From positions 113,276,001 through 113,340,000 of the forward strand of contig NW_024704743.1 of assembly GCF_018977255.1 (NCBI RefSeq): a stretch of 64,000 nucleotides of DNA, written 5' to 3'. The notes below the pieces were generated by a model. It searched no databases. It saw nothing but the letters and a program-made list of their open reading frames with translations, and was not told the origin of the DNA. Shown here one piece after another: positions 1 to 12,985 of the stretch (the stretch's first letter is position 1; each line of letters starts with the position of its first letter). The translations under genes and the position numbers were made by a program. This DNA comes from Callorhinchus milii (taxonomy: Eukaryota).

Positions 1-203
1 GAACTGCCTTCCTCACTCCCTTCGCTTTGTCCCCTCTCTTCCTATTTTTAGGTCTTGGCTGAAGACCTTTCTTTTCGACCGCGTCTTTGGCCACCTTCCT
101 CCCCCTCCCCCTGGCTTGGCCCCGGGATCCGTTACTGTGAAGCGCTCTGAGACGCCGTCCGGCATGGAGGGCGCTATATAAATCCAAGTTGTTGTTGTTG
201 TTG
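1..203 (+). mobile_element. L2 LINE 3' end (subfamily with ACGCCGTCCGGCRT loop)
   Basis: Encodes NCLPHSLRF...LKTFLFDRVFG (L2 ORF C-terminus), then the GCGCTCTGAGACGCCGTCCGGCATGGAGGGCGC stem-loop and a (TTG)n tail. Confidence 0.9.
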
Positions 204-760
204 TACATTTCAATTGTCAATAGGTATAGTAACTTTACTGCAAAAATACAATCTTTGAAAAGTGAAGGATAAACAAGAAGACAACTATGAGTCTTATATA
301 GGTGACAACATATTTAATATGATGATTTTTGCTCCTCTGGAGTTTCTAACTTATTTAAATTCACCATTCAATTAAATTTATTGCTCACGATAGTTCAAGT
401 TGTTCCTATTAAAATTCTGTTCTTCCACCAACTTATCTTCAAACCAACCCAAAAAGGGCTTTCTTTCAAGCATAAATGCCTAAGGCTGGGAGGTATAGTG
501 CTATTGGTTAACCTTGTGGAATTTAGCCTCATCTGGTTGAAGACTTGGGACACTTTAATACAGCAAGCGAAGAGAAAGCCAATGTTTGGAAACAAAAATT
601 ATGTTAAAAGAATAGGAATCTTTACGACTTCCTGGGTACATTGTTCAAGGTATGTAATGTGCCTGCTAAAAAAAAAATAACAATAATTCCATTTAGCAAC
701 CAGAGGCTGTTGTGCAGAACAAGCATTAGAGCATTTCTAGATATTTGCATGAAATGTATA

Positions 761-874
761 TTCGTCCACAAATATACAGTCAATTCACTTACAGCCTATT
801 CTGTAAAGCCCTTTGAGACGTCTAGAAGACGTGAAAAAGCGATATATCAAATGCAAGGATTATTATTATATTAT
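761..874 (+). mobile_element. tRNA-SINE family A, 3' fragment
   Basis: CCACAAATATACAGTCAATTCACTT...GACGTGAAAAAGCGATATATCAAATGCAAGG(ATT)n matches the full copies, e.g. 48076. Confidence 0.85.
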
Positions 875-1662
875 AAATGCCATTTTAGGAGTTGGACTGA
901 CACAGCAGCATTTGCTTTGGTAAGGAAAACTTGTGCAGTGTCAACTGGCCACATGGCCAGCAGAAGGCATCACTGTTTCACAGTTATTCAGCACATGGGA
1001 TATCAGACTACATACTACAAACCTACTAGTGCTTGCCATTCAGTGGACAGTGCACATTTTTCCCACTTTCTTCATCGTCAGTGCGTTTCAGCTCAGATGG
1101 GTTGCAAAGGAAAAAAAAAGTATTTCCAGCAAGGTATTTCCTTTGTCTTCACTGACTTTGTCTTTACTCCTGGCTGACAATTGGCAGTGGTGCAAGAAAT
1201 CATCTGGTGTGATGGTAATCATGTGTTCCATGCATGTGTACAATGTTGGTGAAGCGTAAAACCAAACTAAAGGCAACAGAATTTGGGAAATGTGCCAGAA
1301 ACAAAGTTGATTGACATTTAACACAGCTCTTGGGCTCCGGTGCAGCTATTAATTTTCAGGCTCAGTTCATTGCAGACTCCGCCAAAATCCTGGGATACAT
1401 GATTGCATCATTTCGCGTATGCAATATGTCACCAGCATTGCTAATGTGCAGAACCAAAGATGGAAAGGAACCAGCATCATATAAAGATTGCAGTGATGTG
1501 AACAGTATTGTCCCACTGTCAGTACCTCCAGCACAAACCTCTGACGATTTTGAGCATCTAGGCAGTCCCCAGACCTACTCTTCTTTGAAAATGTATTTTT
1601 TAAAAAATGATTGCATTTAGTATTGCTGAGTTTCCATTGCAGTACTAGAAATACTAGTATTC

Positions 1663-1895
1663 AAGATCCAATGGCACTATTTGTAAAGAGAAGGGAGTAT
1701 CGCCCACTGCTGTGACCAACAATATCCCAGATAAAATTAGGTATTCACTCGATAGCTATTTATGGGACATTGCTGTGTGCAAAAACTGGCTGCCATGTTT
1801 GCCTACAAAATACACAATGACGACACTTTAACATTACATCCCGTGTGGTATCCTCCCGGTAATGATAATCACTATATCAAGCGTAAGGATTACGT
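1663..1895 (+). mobile_element. Deu-domain SINE fragment
   Basis: AAGATCCAATGGCACTATT...TATGGGACATTGCTGTGTGCAAAAACTGGCTGCC, homologous to the copy at 43565-43990. Confidence 0.7.
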
Positions 1896-2904
1896 ATTTA
1901 TTTATTTTAGGATTCAAGAAATAGTTATGGTTTGGTATTCAAGGCTATAGCTATGATTGTTGTAAACAGCCATTCCTATATGTTGTGTCCTATATTCTGA
2001 TGAGGCATCAAACAATTTTTTTTGAAAATATACATTTATTTATAAGTATAATATTTGGTACTACAGAAATCCAAAACAAACACGTACAACATCTGTTAAA
2101 AAAAAATCTTTTTAATCAGGAAAATTTTACTCCATTCTCAGGATTTGGGAGAATGTTGTGTGAGAATTACCATCAGTGATAAACATCACATCACACTCCC
2201 ACCCCCCTACTTCTAACCCACTTATTTTTACCATTGCTTGCTCTCTGCATAATTTATGGAGTTGCACCCTCTATGTTGACATGGAATTATAGCTTGGTGT
2301 CCATATATTTTTATGCTCAGTCAATCATTCCAAGCACTCAGGAAATAACTCCAATTGCTAAAAGGCCTTGCTGGGTAGCTACCTGCTGCTCCGAGGAGGG
2401 CTTTCAGAAAATATGAGTCTATTTTTCCTCTGGAGTAAAGTATTTGTCATTTCTGATATACAATTTTGACGTTATTAAGTGTGCAAGGCTAATCTATTTT
2501 TTCCTGGTGTCTGGAAGGAGCCATAGTGTAAAAATAATTGTAGTAGTTCCCTTGCCGGTGACTAGTCATACTGTCACAATGAGGAAATGGGGATTCCAGG
2601 ATTTCATTAAGCATTCAGGAGATGCCACAGGGGGGATTTCTAGCAAGACAAAATAGCTGCACACGCCATTGCTCAGTCAAGGACACATAGTTTGTTCTGT
2701 GCTTTTTATATCTTATGTGCAGGATTCCCTCATCTCCTCCATTCCTTTTCTTCATCTTATCCAATACCAAAGCAGACAACTCGGCTCACAAGTATAAATT
2801 CAAAAAAATGTGGGAAGGGAACTGAGCATCAGAGCAATGTTTAACCGTACGTCAATTAAAACTAAGTACTGCTTGTGAGGCTTCAGGTTATTCCAAAGCA
2901 AAGG

Positions 2905-3033
2905 CAACTGTTCTTATTTGCCAAAGGTCACCTGCCTTCCTCCCTCCAGCTCAGCGGCATGCTCTGCCAGTGTCAAGCGCTCTGGGACGCTACCCTGCAT
3001 GAGCGGAGTTATATAAACAGAAATTATTGTTGT
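2905..3033 (+). mobile_element. L2 3' tail remnant
   Basis: AAGCGCTCTGGGACGCTACCCTGCATGA...TATATAAA...TTGTTGT. Confidence 0.65.
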
Positions 3034-3121
3034 CATTTTTATTTGTTAGATTCACCTCCTACTAAGTGCTTTGACTGGCGCTTTAAACAATGTGTAGCAC
3101 TACTGCTTGTGCAAATTAATA

Positions 3122-3195
3122 AATAATAATCCTTACATTTGGTAAATCACCTTTTATTGTCAGGAGGGCGTCTCAAAGCGCTTCACAGGATATAC
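3122..3195 (-). mobile_element. 3' tail of the Deu-SINE interrupted by L2
   Basis: (AAT)n CCTTACATTTG...GTCTCAAAGCGCTTCACAG; the body of this SINE resumes at about 5685. Confidence 0.7.
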
Positions 3196-5661
3196 AACAA
3201 AAACAACAACAACAAGATTGCATTTAAAGAGCGCCTTTCACATCGGGAGGACGTCCCAAGGCGCTGGACAGTTGGGTCAGGACCCGAGCAAGGGGGAAAT
3301 GGTCAGGGTGAGGGGAGGGAAGGGAGGGAGCGAGGAGGGGGTAGAGAGTCGAGAGGGGAGCTGAAGGCACGGTCAAAGAGAAAGGTTTTGAGACCGGCCT
3401 TGAAGGAGGAAAGGGAAGAAGCAAGGCGAAGGCACTGGGGGATGGAGTTCCAGAGCCTGGGGCTGAGAGGCTGAAGGCCCGGCCACCGATGGTAGGGCGG
3501 TTGGGGCGGGGGATGTGGAGCAGACCGGAGCCAGAGGAACGGAGGGTACGGGCAGGTACGTGGGGGGATAGTAGGTCGGAGAGGTAGGAGGGTGCAAGGC
3601 CGTGAATGGCTTTGCAGGTGAGGATGAGGATCTTGAATTCAATCCTCTGGGGGATGGGGAGCCAGTGGAGGCGAGCGAGGGTGGGAGTGATGTGGTCCCG
3701 AAGCCTGGTGCGGGACAGTACACGAGCTGCAGAGTTCTGAATGACCTGCAGCTTGTGGAGGGAGGTGCCGGGAAGGCCGACGATGAGAGAGTTCCCGTAG
3801 TCCAGCCTTGAGATGATAAAGGCGTGGACCAGTGTTTCAGCAGCGTGAGGGGTGAGGTAGTGCCGTAGTCTGGCGATGTTCCGGAGGTGGTGGAAGGCAG
3901 TGCCAGCTGTGGCGCGGATGTGAGGGAGAAAGGACAGCTCAGGGTCGAACAGAACGCCGAGGTTCCCGACTGGCATTGAGAGGTGGAGAGTGCAGCCTTG
4001 GATGCTGATGCTGTTAGCGCCTGAGGTGCGGAGGCGCTGACGCGAGCCAATCAGGAGGGTCTCAGTTTTGCGCACATTGAGCTGAAGAAAGTTGTCTCTC
4101 GTCCAGGACTCGATGTCGGACAGGCAGGCTGTCAGGACATCGGTGGTCGTGGAGTTGAGGGTAGAAGAGGAAAGGTAGAGTTGGGTGTCATCCACATACA
4201 TGGGGAAGTTAACCCCATGTCTGCGGATGATGTCACCAAGGGGGAGGATGTAGAGGGTGAAGAGGAGGGGACCGAGGACAGAGTCCTGAGGGACACTGCA
4301 CGAGACAGTGCGGGGGCTGGAGGAAAAGCCATTTGCAGAGACAAAATGAAGACGGTGGGAGAGGTATGACCTAAACCACTCAAGGACAGGGCCTTGAAGG
4401 TTGAGGTGGGAGGACAAGTGGTGGAGGAGGATAGAGTGGTCGACCATATCGAATGCAGCCGATAGGTCGAGGAGGACGAGGAGGCAGAGGGAACCCTGGT
4501 CGCAGATGGTCAAGATGTCATTGGTGACCTTGACCAGGGCGATTTCCGTGCTATGGGCAGCACAGAAACCCAACTGGAGGGGTTCGAAAAGTGAGTGCGT
4601 GGAGAGGAAAGAGCGCAGTTGGGAGGCGATGACTCTTTCAAGGACCTTGGACAGGAAGGGGAGGTTGGAGATGGGCCGGTAGCTTGATAGCTGCGATGCA
4701 TCAAGGGAGGGTTTTTTCAATGTGGGAGTGATGATGGCAGTTTTGAGGGGAATGGGAACAGAGCCAGAGGAGAGGGACAGCTTAATAGTGTCTGTGAGAA
4801 GTGGGGCAAGGAGGTGGAGCTGGGAGATAAGGAGTGGAGTAGGGATGGGGTCCAGGGAGCAGGTGGTGGGTTTCAAGGAGTGACCGCGGAGTGGATTCCC
4901 TTGATTTTGGATTCAAGGAAATCCAGCATCTCCTCGCAGTGAAGGTTGGAGGAGATGACCTGCGTGGGGTGGCGGGGGAGATGGCGGAGTCGGGATGTGG
5001 TAGAGAACAGAAGCCCGGGGTTGTTCTTCGCCTCCAGGGTTATCCTGGAGTAGAAGGACGACTTGGCCGAGGCTAGAGTGGAGCGGTAGATTTTGAGGAT
5101 GTCCAGCCAGATTTGCCGGTGGACCGTTAGGCCAGATTTGAGGCAGATGCGTTCAGCGGCCCGCACCTGGCTCTTCAGTGAGCGGAGGTGGGTGGTGAAC
5201 CAGGGGGAGGAGCGAGAGTAAGAGACAGTACAGTAGGTGATGGGGGCAAGAGTGTTGTGGAGGAGGGTGAGAGCAGAAGAGGGGTCAGTGAGGGATGAAG
5301 GCCAGAGGGAGAGGTGTTCAGAGGACTCCAAGGCAGCGGTTAGGGATTGTGGGGGTATCTTCTTCCAGGGGCTGTAGAAGATGGTGGTGGGTCTGGTGGA
5401 GGTAGGGAGGGGGGGTGGACGTGGTGAAGGAGATGAAGTGGTCAGAGATGGCCTTGTCGGTAATGGTGACATCCGAGACACTGAGGCCCCGGGTGATCAC
5501 CAAATCGAGTGGGTGGCTGTGAATGTGAGTGTCGAAGTTGTTGTGGAGGGAGAGGTTGAGCGAGGAGAGGAGGGAGGAGAAGTCCGAGGAGATGGAGCAG
5601 GAGGGGGTGAAGTGCAGGTTGAAGTCGCCCAGGATGATGAGGCGATCAGAGCAGAGGCAGA
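3196..5661 (-). mobile_element. L2 LINE, 5'-truncated; decayed ORF (C-terminal half of APE endonuclease + RT)
   Basis: ORFs 5318-5680 (LIILGDFNLH, LDLVIT, SDH), 4873-5481 and 3224-4876 ([36 protein letters not shown]); 3' stem-loop and (TTG)n tail. About 120 bp are deleted near 4880 relative to the copy at 57044-57162. Confidence 0.97.
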
Positions 5662-5684
5662 GGCCAACAACCCCCCCCAATTTT

Positions 5685-5956
5685 ATTGGGGGGGATTGTT
5701 GGCCAGGACACTGGGAAAAACTCTCTTTGGTGTTGGATAGCGTTATAGGATTTTTAAAGTCTACCTGAACAGGCAGAAGAGACCTTGGTTTAACATCTCA
5801 TCTGAAGAATGAGCCGTTCCTCCAACAAGGCAGCACACCCCCAGCACCGCATTGGAGTGTCAGCCTCGACTATATGAGTTCCAGATTCTGATGCGGAGCT
5901 TGAACTGATACACTGATTCAGAGGTGAGAATGCTACCAACTGAGCCAGACTAACAC
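5685..5956 (-). mobile_element. Deu-domain tRNA-SINE, head and body
   Basis: Reverse strand reads GTGTTAGTCTGGCTCAGTTGGTAGCATTCTCACCTCTGAATCAG...GCTGACACTCCAATGC...CTGCCTGTTCAGGTAGAC...GTCCTGGCCAAC. Confidence 0.85.
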
Positions 5957-6699
5957 ATAAATTAAGCAGCAGAAACTATTGGACTAACAACATTATGCAC
6001 TTTGATGGTCAAATCTGTTGTACCATCCCACAAAGGATGATCCCAGCAATGAATACAATGCTTTTTAATCCCATCTCTCCCTCAAAACGTAGATATGTAT
6101 CTGAAAAGATGAAAATCTCAATATTTTTTTAAAAAATTAAAAAATGCAAAACATAGACCTATTTAGCAACACCTTTTGTCTTCTTGTTAGCACAGTGTAG
6201 CTGCTCTTCTGAGAAATATGCGTATTATGCTATTGTTGTTACTGAATTATTGAAAATCATTTTCACTATGGGTACAAAATTTACACGTAAGCAGCAAATT
6301 TAAATTTGTCAGTTTTCTCAGAGCTCTATATGTGCTAAATGTGGAAATGAAACAGTGAAGCTGTACATTGGAATAGTGACTTTCCCCCCTGCAGTAACCA
6401 GCGTTTGTTAATCTTCACATCTGTGCCATAGCATCACTTAATCAATGAAAACCACCCTTCAAGGTAATGCTTAAAAGAAGACTGTCAGTTCTCCCACTGC
6501 AGCAATCGCACTAAATTATTCACTGCAGTGCCAAAGACAGCATGCTGTAAAAGGAAAAGTACTTGGTGTTTTGCATCCTTGGTTTTGGTTCCTTCATTCT
6601 TTCTTGGAAGAACGGTTAGATGTGGAGATCTTATACAAAGATATTTTGTAAAAAANGAGACCATTTTACTCAAGAATATGACAAGCTTCTCTGAAGGTT

Positions 6700-6900
6700 T
6701 CATGGCTAAAGCGCCTGCTCAGCCGGTGAAATGCTAGGCCACACAGACAAGATCAGAACATCACAGGGTCATATTCTGGGTTGTGCTGAGTTAACTGATG
6801 ACATGAGGTACACTTCCAACTGATAGAGTCATCGCTCAATAGGGATGTGTATACGAGCTAAGGGCAGGAGAATGGTGGCATTGCTCTTGTACATTTCATG
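6700..6900 (+). mobile_element. Ancient tRNA-derived SINE fragment (AmnSINE2/LmeSINE-like)
   Basis: GGCCACACAGAC...GGGTTGTGCTGAGTTAACTGAT; similar to 11110-11375 and 51578-51680. Family name is from memory of consensus and unverified. Confidence 0.45.
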
Positions 6901-7629
6901 CTGAGTTGTGCTGCTTACCAGGAAGGTCACAAGGAGTTCCTGTCTAATGAAGGTAATAATACTCCTTCTAGGCAGCGGGGTGGGGAAGTAGGGAATTGGG
7001 TTCTCTTTAGGGCTTTGCTGGCTCCAAACAGGCTAACACTTAGCAAAGGAATATTTGGAATTGAGTCGCACTATGAGGCAGCCTCAGTAATCGAGGGTCC
7101 ACAGGTGGTCTGCAGTACCCCAGGGCATTGCTGATAACACACCAGCCACCTAGCATGTTGGTAGAACTTGGGAGGAGCACTTGGTCCCTGAAGGCAGGGA
7201 TTCTTCCTACTCAGCTCCTGTTAACCCTGCAGTCAAAAGCCTCATGAGGCACAGCCTTGACTGGTTTAAATGGCTGAAACCAAATAGTTTAACCAGCCTG
7301 TGGCAAATTCTCTCTGAAATAAGGTAAGAAGGTGTGCCCCTGCATGGAGACCATGCATATTCCATTCCAGACAGGGATATCTCCATTTTTAGGTCACATA
7401 CATATGTGGAACTCCAGTCTGGTTTGGACACTCTTAAACATGGTGATGATTTTCTGCACGTGTCAGACTTGGCTTGAGACACCAGTTGGGATCTTGTCTC
7501 TGGAGTTGAAAAATCAATCCTCTGATCACTATTAAATCCTGCCCCTATAGTCTATTACCTCCAGTAATTGTTAGAGAGAAATGTCACAAGCTATTATAGT
7601 CCTGTTCCTTTGATCCTTGGTTAGTTAGT

Positions 7630-7722
7630 GAAATGGACAGTGCATAATTGGACAAATTGTACATGGAGGGAATTGGCTTAATGAGTCAAATGGCCTTTTC
7701 TTATTCCATAATCTGTTCTTAA
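7630..7722 (+). mobile_element. CR1 3' end remnant
   Basis: GGCTTAATGAGTCAAATGGCCTTTTCTTATTCCATAATCTGTTCTTA resembles the CR1 3' hairpin/tail. Confidence 0.45.
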
Positions 7723-7944
7723 ACAGAAGCGAAATTGATGCAAAGCATAGACATATTCTTCTGTTGGTTAGCATCAACATCTGTGTTGTTTGCATTTCAA
7801 TGTACTAATTGGGAACTCTCGTTAACATTTTAAATCAACCCCTCGGCCATACAATGCTGGACACTACATTTTGAGGGAAGGGGAAAAATAAATCAGAGTC
7901 ACCACAAGACTAATGGTGTACATGTCTTGGCAGCTGGCTTCAAT

Positions 7945-8622
7945 CCAGCATTGTGCAACATTGTCAGACTCTGCCACTGCCTCACCCCTCAGGCTGCCAA
8001 AACCCTCACCCACGCATTCGTCACCTCAAGGCTTGATTACGGGAACTCCCTCCTCGTCGGCCTTCCCAACTCTTCCCTTCACAAGCTGCAGATCATCCAA
8101 AACTCTGCAGCTCGTGTACTCTCACGCACCAGACTCCGCGACCCCATCACTCCCACCCTCGCCCGACTCCACTGGCTCCCTATCCCCCAGAGGATTGAGT
8201 TCAAGATTCTCGTCCTCACCTTTAAGGTCATCCATGGCCTTGCCCCATCCTACCTCTCTGACCTGCTGACTCCCTACCCACCTGCCCGCTCCCTCCGCTC
8301 ATCAGGTTCTGGCCTGCTCCATGTCTCCCGCCCGACCCGCCCTACCATTGGTGGCCGGGCTTTCAGCATCTTTGCCCCCACACTCTGGAACTCCATCCCA
8401 CGGTCCCTTCGCCTCGCTTCCTCCCTTGCATCCTTCAAGGCCGGTCTCAAGACCCTTCTCTGCAACCGGTGCCTTTGGTCTCCCTCCCACCTCTCTGCCT
8501 TCCCTCACCCCTATACCACACCTCCCCCATGCTCATGCCCCGACATCTGACTGTTCAGCACTTTCGGACGTCCTCCCGACGTGAAAGGCGCTCTATAAAT
8601 GTAATTTTGTTGTTGGTGTTGT
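7945..8622 (+). mobile_element. L2 LINE 3' portion
   Basis: ORF 7927-8550 (SRLDYGNSLL, LHWLPIPQRIEFKIL, LWNSIP), ACGTCCTCCCGACGT stem-loop and (TTG)n tail. Confidence 0.95.
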
Positions 8623-9690
8623 GCAGATCTTGAATCAGATCACCTAATATCCTTCATCCACAGATAATACTTAATGTGAAGGGATAAGATAGAGGAATAA
8701 AACAAAAACCTCAGTAAATAAAAAATAGTCTGAGTGTTGGAAAAATGCCTTAGGTTGGGTTAAGTTGCTGGATGTTTGTTTAGTGGCTTAGGAATAAAAT
8801 GAAGCTGCCTGGCAAAAAAGAGCCATCATGAAATGCATCTATTTAATGATTACAACCAACATTCCAATATGTTTTATGTTGGAAGATGCGGCAGAGAGTG
8901 GATTAAAACATGAGGTGTAGCCGAGCACTTTAAATCAATTCAAGGCCCCGTGTTCCTGATAGAATTTTCATTCTCTTAATGGATAGAAGAAAAAGCAGCC
9001 AACTAGTAATTGAATTTGAAAAATTGAATTTAAAGATGCATCTCTTTTGATCTGCTCAATATAGAAAATGAATATTTTTATTGTACATTAATAAAGTATT
9101 CAATTTCTTTGCCAATAATAAAGCTCATTTATAATAATGCATTTACATCTTTATGAATGCTGATATTAAAGTGACGGAACCGCTAAATATGGACTATAAA
9201 ATGAAGGCTTCAAACAAAGAAATTGTGATGCAAATTTTTAATGCTTCGATGCATGTTAATCTTGTTTTCTGTCAACAAGAGACATGGGGAAAGCTGCTGC
9301 TTTAAACTGGGATAAAAAGCAAGAGAAATTGTATTTTCAAATGGAATTGTGGTAACAAGTAAATACGTACTCTCACAGCCACACAGGCAATGAATGGGAG
9401 CAACATAAAGCATAGCTGTTTCTTCCATCAGTCTTTTGCTCACTCTTTTAGTTCTTTTGTATTCAACTTACAAACAATTGAGAGTTGAAATCAAAATGGA
9501 ATTAGTAGGAATTAGATGATGCATGCTGCCATGTCTAAAATTAAAGGTATTATCTTTCAAGTGCTCAGGATTGGATTCCTGCACTAAATGTGGAAGTCAA
9601 ACAGGATTCCAGTATCTGATACCAACATCTTTATTAAGAAGCATTGCTTAAACTCAATGAGACCCAGTTATAATGTGTTATTTTATTCAA

Positions 9691-9985
9691 AAACAGCAAC
9701 AACTTGCATTTATATAGCAGCCCTAGTATATAGTGTCCCAGAGCACTTAGATTTTGAAGGAGAGGGAGGGATGGTGCAGGGTTAAATGTTCAAATGAGGA
9801 GAAAGAGCTGCAGGAATAGGAAGATAGACTGAGGGAAGTTTGGGTGAGGGAGGGCCACAGCACTGGTTGGGACTCGTTCACATGACGAATAGGGTGTGGA
9901 TTCAGGCTCCACTACTGTTAAGCTCTCTGAGATGCAACTCTGCATCTCTGCATGGAGGGTGCTATATAAGTGCAAGTTGTTGTTG
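9691..9985. mobile_element. Two divergent L2 tail remnants (minus 9691-9800, plus 9910-9985)
   Basis: CAACAACTTGCATTTATATAGC on the left; GAGGGTGCTATATAAGTGCAAGTTGTTGTTG on the right. Confidence 0.6.
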
Positions 9986-11109
9986 GATCCCATACACTGC
10001 GTGTGGGTACAGCCAGCTGGCTCTCAAGGTACTAAAGGCCGACCTCAATGTTGATCACTGGTGCCATTTTCTGCAAGCTGCTAGGAAGCGATGTAGATGG
10101 TGACCCAATAGCCCAAAAGTTGGCCACTTTCCAAGCTGCCAGCAAGCTGGCCAACTGCATGCATGCACCGTGAACGTGAATACACTGAATGACTATCATT
10201 ACCCCGTTATAAGGCAGGTCTCATAACTGGGCTCTTCTCTACTATATTCTATAGATTTGTGTCTTAATTGAAGGTGCAGATGCAAGCGCATTTAGATGTT
10301 GGCACATATATACACACATACACACTTGCATGAACTGATTTGTGTTATTATGCTAATACAATCAATTTATGAAACAGTACAGTTTTGACCATATATTTTC
10401 TCAAGTTTATAGTCACTTAGAAAATGGATCCAAAAGTTATATGCCCATTTCACCAGAATCAGGGCCAGGGTACCACTGGAATCATATAATGTTACAACAG
10501 TTCTTTTTTCTTCTCAAAAATTAAGCAGCAACAAGATTCGGATTGCTTTGGGGAAAATAATGCAGTAAATAAAATCAGGGAAATCTCAGCTCTTGGGTTC
10601 CTGGTGGAGCTGAAAATGGGACTGCCTAAGTTCATGCCAGAAACTGCATTAACAAAAATGAAATACTGTATTATGGTTGGACACATTATACAAACGAGAA
10701 GAATCTAAATTGTAGTGTGTTGTTGACTTACAATTGATGAAACTGACAAATCCTGTAGATTACTTAGTACTCTTTTTAAATCAGATACTCAGTATTATGC
10801 ACATAGTTCACCAGGAAGCAAGAAATAGAAATATAGTGAATAAAATTTGCAGTACAGTATTACTTAAAGTGTTCCTTAGTTTATTTATTGAAGTGACTCT
10901 ATGCAACAATTTGAAGTAGGAAACAAGGTGAATATTTTTTCCAGTTTGAATAAGGCTCATTTAAGTTATGAGGTGATAAACTGACCCTCTTACCCATGGG
11001 ACAGTTTGTCACCTGTCAGAATTTAATTGAGTCTTATTGAGGGGGTAAAGAGCGCACACGATTCCAAGAACAATGTTACATTTAAATTTAATGGAGACGG
11101 ACAGCTAAA

Positions 11110-11375
11110 AGCTCCCCCACCCACCCTATTGTCTAGTGGAGCATTGAGCTATACCCACCAGCAACTGGTTTCATTTTTGGTCTATGCTGATCTCAGCCAG
11201 AACAGCAGGAAAGATAGTACAACTGGCCTTAGCACTTATGACCTAGAGGGGTAAAGATCGGATGGAGTTCATGCTCCCTTGCCAGTGACCCTAGTGGAAA
11301 ATGCATGTGTATGGACATTAAATGAGAACAGAATTGGACTCAGCTGTGTAGACTAAATGACACAGCAACTCAACA
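11110..11375 (+). mobile_element. Ancient tRNA-derived SINE (AmnSINE2/LmeSINE-like)
   Basis: GGTCTATGCTGATCTCAGCCAG...TACAACTGGCCTTAGCAC...CCAGTGACCCTAGTGGAAAATGCATGTGTATGGACAT; family assignment unverified. Confidence 0.55.
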
Positions 11376-12151
11376 GGCTTACTCCTGTTCCTTTGTTAAA
11401 CTTTTGATAGAAATAGCCTATTTATACCCATGAGGTGTGTGCAGGAGCCTTCTTCTTAAAAGGCGCATAACATAAAATGACCCTGACACAATGTATTTGT
11501 AGTTTTTGTGCCACGTTAATACTAACAATGTTTTAAAATGACCATTTGATGCAAAGGCACAACTTGACCTCGCTGATTCCATAATTGAATAAAATGTAAC
11601 CATTGAGGAGTTACAGTACTAATCATTGCTACTATATTTATTTAACTAAACGATTGTAGCAGAGCTTTAAAACAATACATATTTTATGTGATACGATACC
11701 AGAGTTCAATTCCTGAAACACCAGGTAGCTAAAACAGCAACTCTTAGGTTTTCATTCTGCATCAACCTTGGCTAGGTTAATGTTTGATTATTACTTTTAT
11801 TGCTGCCAGATAATACATCTACAAGCTGAACCTGAATTATATAACCATGCACATGTATATGTATGCTTGGCAACAGTTCCTTAGAGCTGAAATGGCACTG
11901 TAGCTAATAATAACGAGCAAGGAGTTGGAGCTTTTTAAAAAAATACTTGTACTGACTACAAATTACCCAGTTCTTTATTTCCTTAATTGTTACGTTTGTG
12001 AAAAATTGTGTAAAATGTTCTTATATTTCAGGACATTATGTAGTGGGGAGCAATTGTTTTGTACTGCAAGCTTCTTCATAACTGTCGTCATTCTTGCTCT
12101 ACAAGCATTGCAAGACCATATGGACAGCTTTTTAAAAATCTAATTTGAATG

Positions 12152-12280
<129 letters not shown>

Positions 12281-12985
12281 TGATTAAACAAATATGAGGT
12301 ACTAATAAATATAATTTAAGCCTTTAACAGGCTAAACCAATCTGAGCCCATAATATCTCACAGTCATCGCATTAAGATGGTTGCCTTAAATTTTACGATT
12401 GCGCAGAATTTAGGAAGTGTTTTTTAAATTCAAGCTGAATTTGGAACCAGCTTTCTGAGACTGAATTTAAGAATCTTCTGAAATGGCACAAATGAAAATA
12501 GTGACATTAGCAGTGATCTGACAACCCAGAGCAGGTAATGCATCTACAAGCTGAGCCTGAATTATGTAACCAGGCATTTGATTTTATAATGACAGGATTT
12601 GCATGGTTCATTTGTGATTTTCAGGTAAGAACATGCCAATCAGATTCAAATCAGTGAAGCCGCATTAGAGAAAGGGAGGGTTACAACAGGATAGTCCTGG
12701 AGTAAGATCAGGTCACCATTAGGTGCATTCTAGCTATTTCTGAACTTCTATCTTTCAAATAATTTTCAGTACAATTTGAACAGTTTAAGCTGACAGTTAA
12801 CTTTTTTATGGACTTCATTGACTGCAATTATCAGTAACCTGATAGTTTAAGAATATATTATAAATAAATAAAAGGATATGTGAATAAAGGGGAACATGGC
12901 TCCAAAACTACATAGTTATCACATTATCAATAACTAAAAACTGGCGCGCTGTGTAAATGTCATACATGGGATACTGCATTAATTG

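Noticed and set aside
3224..4876. 550-aa RT ORF as an active or domesticated gene
   Set aside because: 5'-truncated, frameshifted near both ends, with motif decay (YVDD, PQDS); an ordinary dead L2 copy.
6656..6656. Single N base inside short ORFs 6485-6703 and 6528-6737
   Set aside because: Assembly ambiguity; the ORFs show no coding features.
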